From assembly GCF_009914755.1 (NCBI RefSeq), contig NC_060935.1: a stretch of DNA of 64,000 nt, one strand, 5' to 3'. The notes below the pieces were generated by a model, which was given only the letters and a program-made list of their open reading frames with translations, was not told the origin of the DNA and did no database searches. Positions 1-12,618 of the stretch are shown here, one piece after another. Position 1 is the first letter of the stretch, and each line of letters begins with the position of its first letter. The position numbers and the translations under genes are program-made. Source of the stretch: the human T2T-CHM13v2.0 reference genome, Homo sapiens.

Positions 1-1689
1 GGAAAGCAGACGACTAGTGTGCCTTATGGGGAAGCATTTTCTATATTTAGTGACCAAACTTTCATTGCCTTTGGAGAATGAAATCCATGCTTCTTTTTTA
101 GAGTGGTTGTTTTGAGTGGTAGTCAACATGGGGGAGAGATGGTGTTACTTTCTAAATGGAGTAAAAGATGAGCAAGATAAGCAACTTCCACCACATAGCA
201 GCAGGTATGAAGACAACTGGTGCCTGTCTCCAGCATTCAACTAAACAGTCTCTTGCCAAGAACCTCACCTTTGGCCTGTGTAGAGCCGTTTTCACTGGGT
301 CAGAGCAGAGGTCAGTACATCGACCCAATCACCCCATAGCATCTTGGCCAACCAAGGGGTGCTAATTAGATCCAATTGTGATGAAGGTAGAGGGAAGTTT
401 CCCTCACTGCACTGACCACCCCCCCGCCCCCGCCCGAGTGATTTCCTTGTCTTAGAGGCCACGGGGGTGGGGTAGGGGGCTATTCTTCACCTCATCTGTC
501 CATGGCTAGCTGGGTATGTAGCAGCTGATTCCGTTCTTAGCCTCAAATTCTCAAGGCCTCCAGATCTAAGGGATTGACACTGACTTCATGCCTCCTCCAA
601 ATATAGGAAAGTTCCCAATTTGTAATTCAGAATGTAGATGTTTGGGGATGGAAGAAGAAAACCAAAATATAAGTACCAGCTATTGGTCCAATGTCCGCTA
701 TGCTTTGGAAGTCATACTGATATTGGTAAGGTGTGGCAAATGTCAGCACCACTGCCCACCACCCACCTGCCCTTTCTCTTATGGATACAATGCATTAATT
801 CATAAGAGGCATTTCAGACAAACGCCGGAAAGTAATTTATCAGGGTTCTTCCAGGGCTTCCAGCTATAATTGTTTTAAATCCAACAAATTTGCTATATGC
901 AAAGGCCCCCAAACTACCCTAAGACATATTCCTAAATTTCCAGAGCTTAAAAATCAATGTGCTTAAAAAAATAAAAACAGAAAATGCCAGCTGCCTTTGC
1001 AAACAAGGACACTGGGAAACAAATATAATTGTGTTTTTTCCTTCTACATCCGTCCGGGAACTTCGACTGCTACTATGCTACATCAGGTATGCAATGAAAG
1101 ACAAACAACGAGGACTCCAAACAGAAGAGGGGAGCTTCAGTAACTGTAGTTTTTATGTTAGGGAGAGACTGAGAGAGAAAGGAGCATTGTATCTCGGATT
1201 AACAGAACTGCAGGATTTCATTAATGACAGCCCAGCTTTTTAGCAAAAGGAAGATAGTTAGGGCAGTAAAAGAGAACATGACTAGAATGTGCTCTGCTAA
1301 TTGGAAATGTATATTATCTTCAGACGATGTGAGTGTGGAGGAGAGGGGGATGGGGAGGATGAGAAGAGACACATACTGAGAGGCCTGCAGGAGAAAACTG
1401 GACCCAGGACGCCCCAGATTTGGCCACACCAGCAGGGCAGTTAAAGGGTCCTTTCTTGCTGGTAGGAACGTCTAGTGCCAGGACCCCACCCTCCCCCACT
1501 CCCTTTTAATTCAATGGCTACGTAGGGGCTTCTTTGATGGAGGCTTTGAAGTCGGTGGCTTTGAGATTACTCTTCCTCTGTGACCTTGACCACCAGCCAT
1601 GAGGTTAGGGGGGAAGGGGAGGGGAGGAGGAAGGCGCTGGAGTTGGAAAAAGGAAAGGAAAGAGAGGGGAGGGGAAGGAAGGCCGCCCT

Positions 1690-2165
1690 AAGACATTTCT
1701 GCAGCATTCCACGACTTTTCTGATCACTCTGCAAAGTTGAAATATGATTGCAGCCTTTGCACCGGGAAGGAAAGAAACCATTTAAATGAAAAATTAGCTG
1801 CCTTAGCAGGTCAAGCACATAGTTACATTAATGTCGTGTAGAACAATAAATCAACTTCGATCTCCAATTGAAAAAATGCTAATTTAGCTCAGCGATTCAC
1901 TGATTGTACTTTCCTCTGATAGAAATCTTTTCTTTTATTTAATGCGAAGCCGTGATTTGACAGCCTCCTCTAATGGTGCTTGCAGACTCTCAGCATTTCA
2001 GTGGAATTCTGATCATGGTTTTAATATTCCGTGCAGCTCTGCCCCCTCTGATTTCACGCTCACACATTAACGAGAGCTGACACTGGAGATTAGACGCAGA
2101 CAGCTGGAATGCCAGGTCTTTGTTGCAGCATGGACAGGAGCCAACGTCGTTCAACCACAGCCAAG
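1690..2165. promoter_or_regulatory. candidate conserved non-coding element / developmental enhancer
   Basis: Repeat-free, AT-rich core with many retained CpGs. Contains AACAAT (SOX, 1842-1847) overlapping ATAAATCA (PBX-HOX on the minus strand, 1846-1853), TGATTTGACAG (PBX/MEIS-like, 1953-1963) and several TAAT/ATTA cores. Conservation was not tested. Confidence 0.5.
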
Positions 2166-3298
2166 AGGGACCTGGGAAAGTCTTCTTAAGAAGGAGGGGA
2201 AGGCGGGGTGGGGGGCTTGAGGGAGGGTGGGAGCGGGGGATGGGAGCAAAAAGAAAGGCAAGGTAGTTTCTGAAGGGCATATGAAAATAGATGTTTTCAG
2301 AAAGCCCTTTCGTCTCTGAAATTCACATTGGAATCAATTCTGGTTTATTTAGAGGAAGTGGTTCATTACAGGGAAATCCCAAATTGGTTGCAGTATTTTT
2401 CTGTAAACTCTGAAAATACAAGTGTGATGCACGAAAATGGAAATGGCTCCTGCTTCAGCTGCTCACTAGTTCGTCTGAGAAACAATGGTGATTACGAGCT
2501 GGAGGAAGAGTGCTTACATAAGGAAATGTGTTCTCCCCTTTGCCTTAAAAAAAATCACTTAGTTCCAGGTGAATAGATGGGGAAATAAAACGAGATTTAT
2601 GAGCCAGGGCTGCCTGTGCGACTAGCGACTACCTCGGCAAGAAAGGAAGTCGCGTAGCCTAACTGCCTTGATCCTCATAAATTGTTTCCTGATACCAGAA
2701 ATCAAATAAAGATCCATAGTTTCATCTAAACCATAAAGCCACTTGGGCTCAGCTAGTGCCGATATTGCAAAGGGGAAGGAAGGGTGCTGCCTGAGACACT
2801 GGCTCAACTTTGTCCGAAAGAAGATGACAGATGACCAAAGTTGCGGAGGCGGCGCATTAATACTATGTCAAAAAAAATTGTTTCTGCTCCTGGGGGAAAC
2901 CAATTGAGTAGAAATAACAAATGTCCTTCTTGCTAACTGTATCATTAATAATAATCGTACTTTGCATTTTTATGGGATACCAGGATTCTAGAGCGCTTTA
3001 TAAATATTCATAGGGGAAGGCTGGGGAAGGGAGGTGAATGTACCCATTCCTGATGCCTGGCTGGAGTGACTAAGACTCAGGGCCCTGCAGGGGCTTAACT
3101 GGAGTGAAACAGCAAATCACAAAGCCCCATGCTGCAGCTGGCTTGGAGACATCCAGGTTTGGTCTCTGATGCCCACTGCTCTCTCCTATGAACAGGAACG
3201 TGGGTGTAGTTTAGGAATTAGATGAGCTGAACCCTCTTGTATCACTTTTGCTTGTTGTTCTTATTTGCCTTGGTGGGACCACTGTCACTGATATAAGT

Positions 3299-3506
3299 TT
3301 ATTCATTCTACTAGCATATAATATATATAGTAATATATTCATTCTACTACCATATAATATATATAATATATATATAATATATATATTATATATATGTTAT
3401 ATATATACGTATATATATAATTTATATATTATATATATACGTATATATATAATATATATATAATATATATATTATATATATACGTATATATATAATATAT
3501 ATATAA
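3299..3506. repeat. (TA)n-rich low-complexity tract with palindromic units
   Basis: Nearly pure A/T. Three copies of TTATATATATACGTATATATATAA at 3397, 3429 and 3472. Confidence 0.95.
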
Positions 3507-3584
3507 ATCCGGCAGTCACATCACAGTGCAGAGCCTACCACAGGCATAAATCAGAGTAATTATAAGCAAGTCAGATACATTTGC

Positions 3585-3870
3585 ATATGAATCTTAGTTC
3601 CTCTCTTACTGGCTTTGGGACCTTAGCAAAGTTCTTTACTTTTTTCTAAACCTCAGTTTTTTTGTCTGTAAAATGGGTTTAAAACGAAATAATCCTTAAC
3701 ACTGTCTGACCCATCATGGGCACTCAGTAAATGCCAAAAACAACCATTGTTGTTGTTGCTGTTTTCATATAATTGTTGGGAGGGTTCAGTGAGAATACAC
3801 ACACGCAAACATTGCTGGATAGAGTTGGTTCATAGTAAACAGTTAATAAGTGCTTGTTATTGTTATGTAA
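3585..3870 (+). mobile_element. MIR fragments
   Basis: Core motif ctaaacctcagttt...tctgtaaaatggg, followed by a cagtaaatg-type 3' part. Confidence 0.7.
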
Positions 3871-4569
3871 CACATGAATGAGAATGTCTAATTCCAAAGC
3901 AGCACTATTGCCTGCAAAGCAGTCCTCTCAGTAGATTTTTGCTGATTCCCAAGATACTGAGAAATTGCTCAAAGCATTTTTGGAACTCTTCTGGAAAGTT
4001 ATGCATGGACACTGTTGGTACTTTCTTAAATATCTTGAAATGTGGTACATCTTCATCCTTAGAGGGTGGATTTGTTGAAAGCTATTAAAAGTCGCCCTGA
4101 AGCTATGGCCAATGAATATGGTGGGCAATCAAGTTGGGGAACATTGCTTTGGAAATACATGTGCCTATAAGGAAATTAGATTGGTTTGTGTGGTATATAA
4201 ACTGAATCTGATCACAATTCCAAAAAAGGCTTATTGAGCAAACATAGCCATTTCAGAATATACACTTTGCCTCCCAAGGAGAGTACTTAGAAGGGGTCAT
4301 AGATTCTGATACATTTGTCGGGGTGGGGAGATGAAGTTTATTGTTTCATGGCCACTGCTTGTAATAGCCTTCCCTGAATAGCTTACAGTCCCAGCTAGAA
4401 TAAAAAGACATGCCCCTGAGTGCTTCCGATTATGTGCAATCTGAGGTCCACTTCCCTTGACTTTGCCCTTTTGGCTTATGGGCAGCTTTAGTGCAGAGTC
4501 AGTTTGCTCATTTTTTCAGGATTGTGCAAACTGACCCTGCATTTACTGGGTTTCTGAAGTTACTAAGGA

Positions 4570-4790
4570 TTAAAACTGACTAAGTCATGATCTCTGCCCT
4601 CACAGGCCTCACAGTCTAATAGGGAAGGCAAACAAATAGTTGCAATACAGAGAGGTAAGTGCTATAGGAGAGGGACACATCAGGAGTAGGGCAGATCCCA
4701 GAGGCCCTATATGTATATTATGCTCGAGCGTGTGGACTTTTTCTTAGAGTTGGATAGGAAGCCATTGGCCTTTACAGCTGGGATCAAACA
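4570..4790 (-). mobile_element. L2 fragment
   Basis: ctctgccctcacaggcctcacagtctaatagggaag... matches the L2 3' end antisense pattern. Confidence 0.6.
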
Positions 4791-5594
4791 TACTCTAATT
4801 TGGCTTGCCCTTCTGTTCTACCTGTCCCTATTCCTAGCTTCCACGTCTTGACCACAAATCGTATACACCCTGCATTAGCCCTGAGGACAGCTGAAGTGGA
4901 AATTGTTTTGTTTTGTTTTGTTTTTAATTTGAATCTCACTCCCTTATTAAGGAGCTCTCTGGCAGTGAAAGAGCAAGAAGAGACTTTTCCCAAATCTTCT
5001 CCAGAAAGATTTAAGAGGTGTGATTTATTATAATTTCAATTATAAAAGGTTTGGGTTTGGCTTAAAGAGTTTTCACTTACAATGTCTGAGTCTGTTCCAA
5101 GGGCTGTAAACCATGGCGGGTTTCCAGTGGCCCCAGGTAGCATCCCCATAGTCACATTACTTACAATTGGTAATGAATGGCTTTGACCAGAGGGGAGAGT
5201 AGATGAGCTGAATGGAATGCTTAAGAGCCTAAAGGCATGGGAGACTGCTTCTGGTGGTTAGATAGAATTGATCATATCAGTGGCAATATGACACATATAG
5301 AATATGTTGGAAGACAGGAAGCCTGGAGTGGTTTTACTCATTCCTGAATGCTACGCCTCTGTGACATGGAGGTAGGAGTGCCATTCCTGCCAACGCACTG
5401 TCATTGAAATAGATTCATTTGTTCATAAGCATGCAGAGAAAATGTGTCCTGACTTTGTACATTCACTCTGGGTAGAGCACCTAGAAACATCTAAGATGTT
5501 GGAGATTATGATTGTCTACTTGGATTTGAAATGCCTAGTGGCTTCAGAGTGCTTTAACCATTCTGAATGGTCATGATAATAGCATGTCTTAGAA

Positions 5595-5952
5595 CAGGGG
5601 TCCCCAACGTTTTTGGCACCAGGGACCTGTTTTGTGGAAGACAATTTTTCCATGGACAGCGAGGGGTTTGGGGATGGTTTTGGGATGAAAACGATGAAAC
5701 TGTTCCACCTCAGATCACCACGCATTAGTTAGATTCTCACGAGGAGCACGCGACCTGGATCCCTCACATGTGCAGTTCACAATAGGGTTCACATTCCTAT
5801 GAGAATCTAATGCTGCTGCTGATCTCAGAAGAGGCTGAGTTCAGGCAGTAATGCTAAGTTGCTGGCCTGCTGCTCACCTCCTGCTGTGCGGCCCAGTTCC
5901 TAACAGACCACCTACCAGTACCAGCCCACAGCCTGGGGGTTGGGGACCCCTG
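5595..5952 (+). mobile_element. MER1B (hAT-Charlie MITE), full length
   Basis: TIRs caggggtccccaac / gttggggacccctg. Perfect 8-bp TSD tcttagaa (5587-5594, 5953-5960). Confidence 0.92.
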
Positions 5953-5960
5953 TCTTAGAA

Positions 5961-6250
5961 GAGTGATTCTCAACTTCAGTATTGTACCACACGCAGGTTT
6001 CAGGCATGTTACAAGCATAATATTGGTGGATGATTTGTTAAAGTTTGTAGATAATTATTGAATTGGAAAAAAAAATGGGGCGATTATCCCTATAATGTCA
6101 CCCTTCCAATAGGCTTTCTATTGGGGAAAAAAAAAAATGCCTATCAGGAATTAGAGAAGTCTCTGAATAGCCTCCAGGGAGTGTGCCATGAAAATACACA
6201 CAGGGGATTTCAATATGAATTTTCAATGGAAAAAAAGTTGAGAACTCCTA
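5961..6250. mobile_element. old hAT-Charlie-type MITE (family uncertain)
   Basis: Degenerate TIRs gagtgattctcaac / gttgagaactccta. Confidence 0.45.
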
Positions 6251-6569
6251 TGCCAAAAATAACATTTGATGTAAACATGACCGTATTATGTATGCAATTC
6301 AAATGGAGTTTAGTCATTGTGAGATGAGAAAATATTACGTAATGATGTAGTATTTAGCTAACTGAGTTTCAAAGTATATTCCTTGAGACTAGTGTCTGCA
6401 GTTGAATCCAAACATGGTAGTCTATTTATTTCTTCCATTTTTGTGCCATCATTGTTTAATCCTAGTTCCTTTTCATTAGTGGGTTTTCTCATTGCTTCAG
6501 TTCAACTCTGAGCAGTTCCTGGGACTATTAGAGACTGTAGTAGAGGTCATGGGCGTCATGGATGTAGGG

Positions 6570-6865
6570 AATCATAATTTCTTGAATATCTACTGTGTGC
6601 TGATAGCATGCTTAGCATATATATATAAAATATGTATATAATTATATATAATTTAATATATTATAATGTATAATTTCACATCATTATAATTACACAAACT
6701 ATAATTAATGTACATATATAATTTAATCCTTACAATAAGGCTGTGAAGTTCTATCCCATTTTACAAATAAGGATTTTGAGACAAAAAGGAGTCTAAATAA
6801 TTGGCCCCCTAAGGTCAAACACCTAGTAAATAATAGAGCGCTAATTCGAAAACAGATTTTTTGGA
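6570..6865 (-). mobile_element. MIR with internal AT expansion
   Basis: tttaatccttacaat...cccattttacaaataagga...aaggtcaaacacctagtaa. Confidence 0.7.
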
Positions 6866-7064
6866 ATACCCAAACACTTATTTCTTTCCTGAGCATGTGC
6901 CCATGAAAGGATACTAGACAGGGTAAGAGTGTATAAGTTCTCACCGTTGCCCCAGTTGGATATAAAGGCAGGAACTGAACACAGTCTAAAATTCAAAGTC
7001 TTGGGGCCAATGTAAAGAATCAGAGCCAAGAAGGGATCATCCGTGACAGCATCTGATGAAATGT

Positions 7065-7144
7065 ATGGGTCAAATCATGTAAAATTGCCAACAGTTGACC
7101 ATTTTCTATCTCTAAAAATGGAAATTTCATATGGTTCAACCTAA
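7065..7144. mobile_element. MADE2 (Tc-mariner MITE, 80 bp)
   Basis: 80-bp near-palindrome ending aatttcatatggttcaacctaa, matching the recalled MADE2 consensus. Confidence 0.8.
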
Positions 7145-7491
7145 CAAAAGTAGGATAATCAGTGCTAAGTCACACTTAATATGTTTTTCTCACACATAGG
7201 ATTGAAATCTGGCTTTTAAAATGGAAATAGAATAGAGTCATTTACTCCAGCTCCTAAAGTTCCATACATCTTACAGCTCTAAGATAACTGAATGGGAAAG
7301 CCTAGCTCAAGATTTGTAGCATCTGTAAATCAAGCATTTAATATTGAGAAGGAAGGGGCGAGGTAATTTCTGGCCCTCTGATTCTCCCACCAGCTACGGA
7401 ATGTGAGGCACACGCCCTCTGCAATGAAAACCATTCTTTCTATGTCTCAGCCCTGTGACCCCCTAAGCCCCAAGGAAGACAGGTTACCCAC

Positions 7492-8387
7492 TGTTATGAA
7501 TTGAATTGTGTTCCCCAAAAGATATGTTGAAGCCCTAATCCCCAATACATCAGAATGTGACCCTATTTGGAAATAGGCTTGTTGCAGATGTAATTAGTTA
7601 AGATGTGGTCATACTGGAGTAGGTCAGGCCCTTTATTTAGTGATTGGTGTCCATGAAAAAGAGGAGAGACACAGAGACAAAGACAGGGAGAAGATGGCTG
7701 TGTGGTGACATAGGCAGAGATTAGAGTGAGGCATTTTGTTAGTCCATTCTCATATTGCTCTAAAGAAATACTTAAGACTCAGTAATTTATAAAGAAAAGA
7801 GGTTTAATTGGCTCACAGTTCTGCAGGCTGTATGTGAAGCCTGATGCTGTCATGTGCTCAGGTTCTGGGGAGGCCTCAGGAAACTTACAACCATGGCAGA
7901 AGGCAAAAAGGGAGAGAGGTGTTTAACATGGTGGGAGTAGGAAGAGAGGTGGGAGGAGAAGCTACATGGATTTTTTTTTGTTTTTTTTTTTTTTGTTTTT
8001 TGGAACTAGATCTCATGAGACTCATGATACCAGGGGCAGCACCAAGGGGCTGGGGCTACACCATTCATGAGGGACCACCCCCATGATCCAATCACCTCCC
8101 TCCAGGCCCCACCTCCAACAGTGGGGATTATAATTCAACATAAGATTTGGGCAGGGACACAGATCCAAACAATATAAGGCATCTGCAAGCCAAGGATTGC
8201 CAGCCATCACAGAAGCTAGGAAGAGGCAAGAAAGGATTACCCCTATGGGTCTCAGGGAGAGCAGGGTCCTGGTGGCACCTTGATCTCAGACTTCTGGGCC
8301 TCCACAACTGTTAGATGAGAAATCTCTGTTGTTTAAAGCCATCCAATTGGTAGTACTTTGTTACGGCAGCACTGGGAAACTGATGTA
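7492..8387 (+). mobile_element. MLT1C-like MaLR solo LTR interrupted by MSTA
   Basis: tgttatgaattgaattgtgttcccc...gcagcactgggaaactgatgta. 5-bp TSD cccac (7487-7491, 8388-8392). Confidence 0.85.
7735..8177 (-). mobile_element. MSTA-like MaLR solo LTR
   Basis: ttagtccattctcatattgc...aagaggtttaattggctcacagttctgcaggctg...gggacacagatccaaacaatataa. TSD ggcat (7730-7734, 8178-8182). Confidence 0.88.
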
Positions 8388-8924
8388 CCCACTTTTCAGG
8401 TTCCACGTCTATTTCCTTCTCTTGTGCTCAGTCAAGATAATAAAGAAAATAAAATTGTCGTGTGAAAAGATAAATCCTAGATTTCAGAAAACATGGCTTA
8501 CTAGACTGACTCACTTCCAGGATGTTCTAAAGAGTTTCTTTTTCTTTTTTTTTTTTTTTCTGAACCTTAAATTTGGGGACTACATATGCAGACTGGTCTC
8601 CTTTGAGTAGGAGATTTTCATCTGATTTATGACAGTCAACCTCCACGTTAGATTTACTCTGAGCCTAAGTCACAGCCTAATGAGTTTTGAACAAATGGGC
8701 TGCCTTCCAGTGAACTGCAAGGTAAGGGATGACAATGAGGTCCTCCCTGGTGGCCATGACTGGTCTTCATGCCATCAGCAGTGAATTTGAATTATGTTAA
8801 ATTGTGAATGTTACTGGAGAGGCACAATATTTTACATTATTAGTATCATTGGTGACTAATCCAGGATTTATTTATCAGGTTAGCCAACCATTAGCAGGAG
8901 CCAGACATAAGTCGGCCACAAATA

Positions 8925-9115
8925 GATTCACCCAGTATTTATTGAGTGTCTGCCATATAATCACACACTGGTCCAAAGTCTTGCATGATCTCACTGACTC
9001 TGCCCTACAATTCTAACACATAGTTATCTCCATTTAGAAATGACAAAAGTGAGACTAGGAAAGGTTAGGTAACCTGCCAAGAGTCACACCACTAGTAAGA
9101 GGGTAAATGGCTCCA
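8925..9115 (-). mobile_element. MIR
   Basis: ctccatttagaaatgacaaaagtgagactagg...aacctgccaagagtcacacc. Confidence 0.65.
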
Positions 9116-9339
9116 AAGCTTTGGAGTCAGCTTATTTTTTGACACTAAAATCATAGATGAGAAGGACAGAGGGAACAGTTCCCAGCAAGGTGCCGCTCTG
9201 GGAGGGTGTGGGAAAATGAAGGATCACTGAAAGTACTGGGTCCTGGGAAGTGGTATTCAAACACAGTTGAGCATGAAGGAAGACTTCCAGGGTAGACCAT
9301 GCATAGTTGTGGTCAGCAGGTCTGAACGTGGGGTCAGAA

Positions 9340-9490
9340 GATTCACTATTCAGCTCTTGGGCTAGAAACTGAACCTCTCTGAGCCTCATCATCCTAAACT
9401 GCAAAACAGGCATAACTATACCTTCCTCCCTGAGCTGTTCTGCGGCTTGCCCACAACAGTGGATGTACTAGCATCTAACATCTAGCAGAT
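9340..9490 (+). mobile_element. MIR
   Basis: aacctctctgagcctcatcatcctaaactgcaaaacagg. Confidence 0.6.
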
Positions 9491-9849
9491 ATTAGATAAT
9501 CCATACATTCTAGCTTTCTGTGTTTTTCCCCGGTGTATTTTGGGCTGGCCCTGAGCTAAAGTCATATCCCTCTGAGTTAACCCCACCACTGTGAAGAGTA
9601 TGCAATGTGTCATCACAAACTTAATTTTTAAAAACAGACATTTAATTTTTTTAAATGATGAATAAAACATTTTCACAATAATTGCAGTGATTCATCCATT
9701 TAGTCATCAGATATTAAGATTCTACCTATACCAATCATGGCTGAATCAGACCCAAAGAATTAGAAGACACTGCCTGCTCTTAAGAAACACTCAGTTTTTT
9801 GTCTTTTCATTGAAGTCCTATAAGGATTTATATTTTTCAGTAGTCTTTC

Positions 9850-9852
<3 letters not shown>

Positions 9853-9910
<58 letters not shown>

Positions 9911-9931
9911 ATGTGTGTGTGTATATATACA
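9853..9931. repeat. compound (AT)n(GT)n microsatellite
   Basis: Directly visible: about 22 AT units followed by GT runs. Confidence 0.97.
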
Positions 9932-10254
9932 CCAATGCGTATATAATCATAGGAAATATACATTTTGTGTCTTAATTTGTATCATTATTTTGTAAACACT
10001 TTTATATATGTTATATATTATCAACATAAATAATATATCAACAATACATAAAAATTGATAATATAAATATATAAATATATAATAAATATATATCTTGCAA
10101 ACACTTATATATGCATGTATACCTATGCATACATAATCATAGGAAATATACATTTTGTGTCTTAATTTTTGATCAGTATTTTGTAAACAGTTTTTCTTCA
10201 CCTCTGTGGTGGAAAATCATGTTTCAGCCCCAGGCCCTTTGCAATATCATTTCC

Positions 10255-10612
10255 CTCATGGTTTGGTTTGTAACTTTAGTGAAGTCTCTAATCAAATGTC
10301 AGCTCATCAGAGAGGCTGTCCTGACCACCTTATCTGAAATAGCCCCTGTTCTCACACCACTCCTTGTCTTTCTCTTTTGTTACTATGCAAATGGACTCTG
10401 ATCATTACCTAATAGCATGTCATAGGCTTATTTACTTGTGTGTCATCAATTTTCTCCATATCCATTCTCCCCAACACCCCTCTCTGGCCAGGAGAATGTA
10501 GGCAGTGTGAAGATCAAGATGTTGTTTTGTTCTCTGACACATCCCTAAGACCTAGGACAGTGCCTGGCATATTGCAGGTGCTCGACAAATGTTCATTTCT
10601 GATGGAATGGTT
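10255..10612 (+). mobile_element. L2a 3' end
   Basis: caaatgtcagctcatcagagaggctgtcctgaccacc...cctaggacagtgcctggcatattgcaggtgctc. Confidence 0.8.
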
Positions 10613-12322
10613 CCATGTTGAACATTTCAATTAACTGTATGATAAATCATGTAGCTTTCCTATGCTTCCAGAGCCACATATGCTAATGAAGCTCATCCAA
10701 CTTTACTCACTTTACATTCCTCACGGTCTTCAGACAACATCTGGACAAATTCTACATATTTTGGACAGGATTTCTCAGTCGTCCCTCCCCTCCCCTGCCC
10801 CTCCAAGCATGCCTCCTTTATATGCAGGGGTATTCACTCTAAGGCATCTTCTTGAGGATAGACATTATTTCTCTTCATTGAAACCCCCAGTTCCCAGGTA
10901 CATCCACAGAGAACCTAGTCTGTTTCGCCGACGCTTGTGTTTGCAGTGCTTCCCCGTTCTTCACTAATGACTATAAATGTGCCAAAGAAGGAAATGAGAA
11001 AAGTTCAATGTGCAATGAATCCAGATTGAGCTGGTCTACACTGGTATCCTTCCCTGACACGCACCTGAGACCTCCTCACCTTGACATCATTATCTCTCAT
11101 TAGAAGCGACTCAGAAGCACCAGGTAAGCAGTTGCAGGATGCTGACTGGATTTGTGGGGCTATGTTGATCACAAGCCACATCCCTCTCTTTCTGTCTGCC
11201 CCCCTCTCTCTCTCTGACTGGCTGTGTAGCAGAACCTTTCAGCAGAAAGGTTTAGAGGTTAGCAAGAAAGTAATTAGGGCCAGAATTGCACATCAGCAAC
11301 ACTCCTCTAGCCATTTTCAAATGGCTGGCACTGTGGATTTTTAAATTTGAAACTTGGTGCTAAATTCGATCAGGTTTCTTCACTTCTTTGTTTTAGGCTT
11401 CGTTTTTGTTGGTTTCTCTTTGTTTATTACATGATTCAAGGTTTTCCCATACTACTATGCTGCCATGATACTACTGGAGGCAATCACTATTACTAGTTTT
11501 ATCTGCCTCCTTCCAGGAATACTCTATGTATAAACAAGCATATATGTACACTATTTCTTTTTTGCTCTACAAATGGTAGCATACACTTTATTCTTCCTAT
11601 CAGTTTTTGCTCTACAGTTTATCCTGAATATCATTCTTCAGTGTATACAGAGAGGTGACCCACTTTAAGACCACTACCTCATATTCAATTCAGTGGATGT
11701 GTTATATATTATTTTACCAAGCCCCTACGAAGGAGTATTTGTTTCAACTTTTTGCAATTATAAACGGCATAATAAATCATTTCACACATGTGCAAATATA
11801 TCACCAGGAAAGATTCCTAGGGATGGAATTTCTAGGTCGAAGGATGCCAGCTCTTTACATTTTGATAGATCATTAGAGATTCCTCGCTGTAGACAATTGC
11901 ACAACATACACTGCCATACAGTTTGACAACAACACACAAGAGTGGCTGCCTCCTTACACCCTGGCCAACATTTACATCTTTGACAATCTAATCCACAAAT
12001 CTATCACTTTGTGTTTTTTTCTGGTATTTCTCTTATATATGTAAATGCTATTTATATTTCTGAAAATTGTCAGTTCATGACTTTAGTCTGTAGTTGTTCT
12101 GAGTTATTGTTCAGATGACTTATAACAAAGAACTCTGTATGTATAAAAAACATTAACCCTTTGGAACATGGGAATACCTTCCCCAGTTTTTATTAATCCT
12201 TACATTTTATTTATATTTTACTTATTATGCAAAAAAAAGCAGTTTCAATTAATCACTTCTCCTTTCTGAGATTATTTTAATTTCTTAGCTTAGGTATTTT
12301 AGCCTCTTCCCTGTTGCAATTT

Positions 12323-12618
12323 AATTTAATTTTTTTTAAAGACAATCTTGCTCTGTTGCCCAGGCTGGAGTGCAGTGGTGTGATCTCAGCTCACTGCAAC
12401 CAACACCTCCGGGGTTCAAGTGATCCTTGTGCCTCAACCTCCCAGTAGCTGGGATTAAAGGTGTGTACCATCACACTCAGCTACTTTTTGTATTTTTAGT
12501 AGAGACACGATTTCATCATGTTGGCTAGGCTGGTCTTGAACTCCCGGCCTTAAGTGATCTGCCCGCTTCAACCTCCCAAAGTGTTGGGATTAACAGGCGT
12601 GAGCCGTGGCACCCAGCC
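12323..12618 (-). mobile_element. AluJb-like
   Basis: Full Alu, antisense. TSD tccctgttgcaattt (12308-12322, 12619-12633). Confidence 0.93.
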
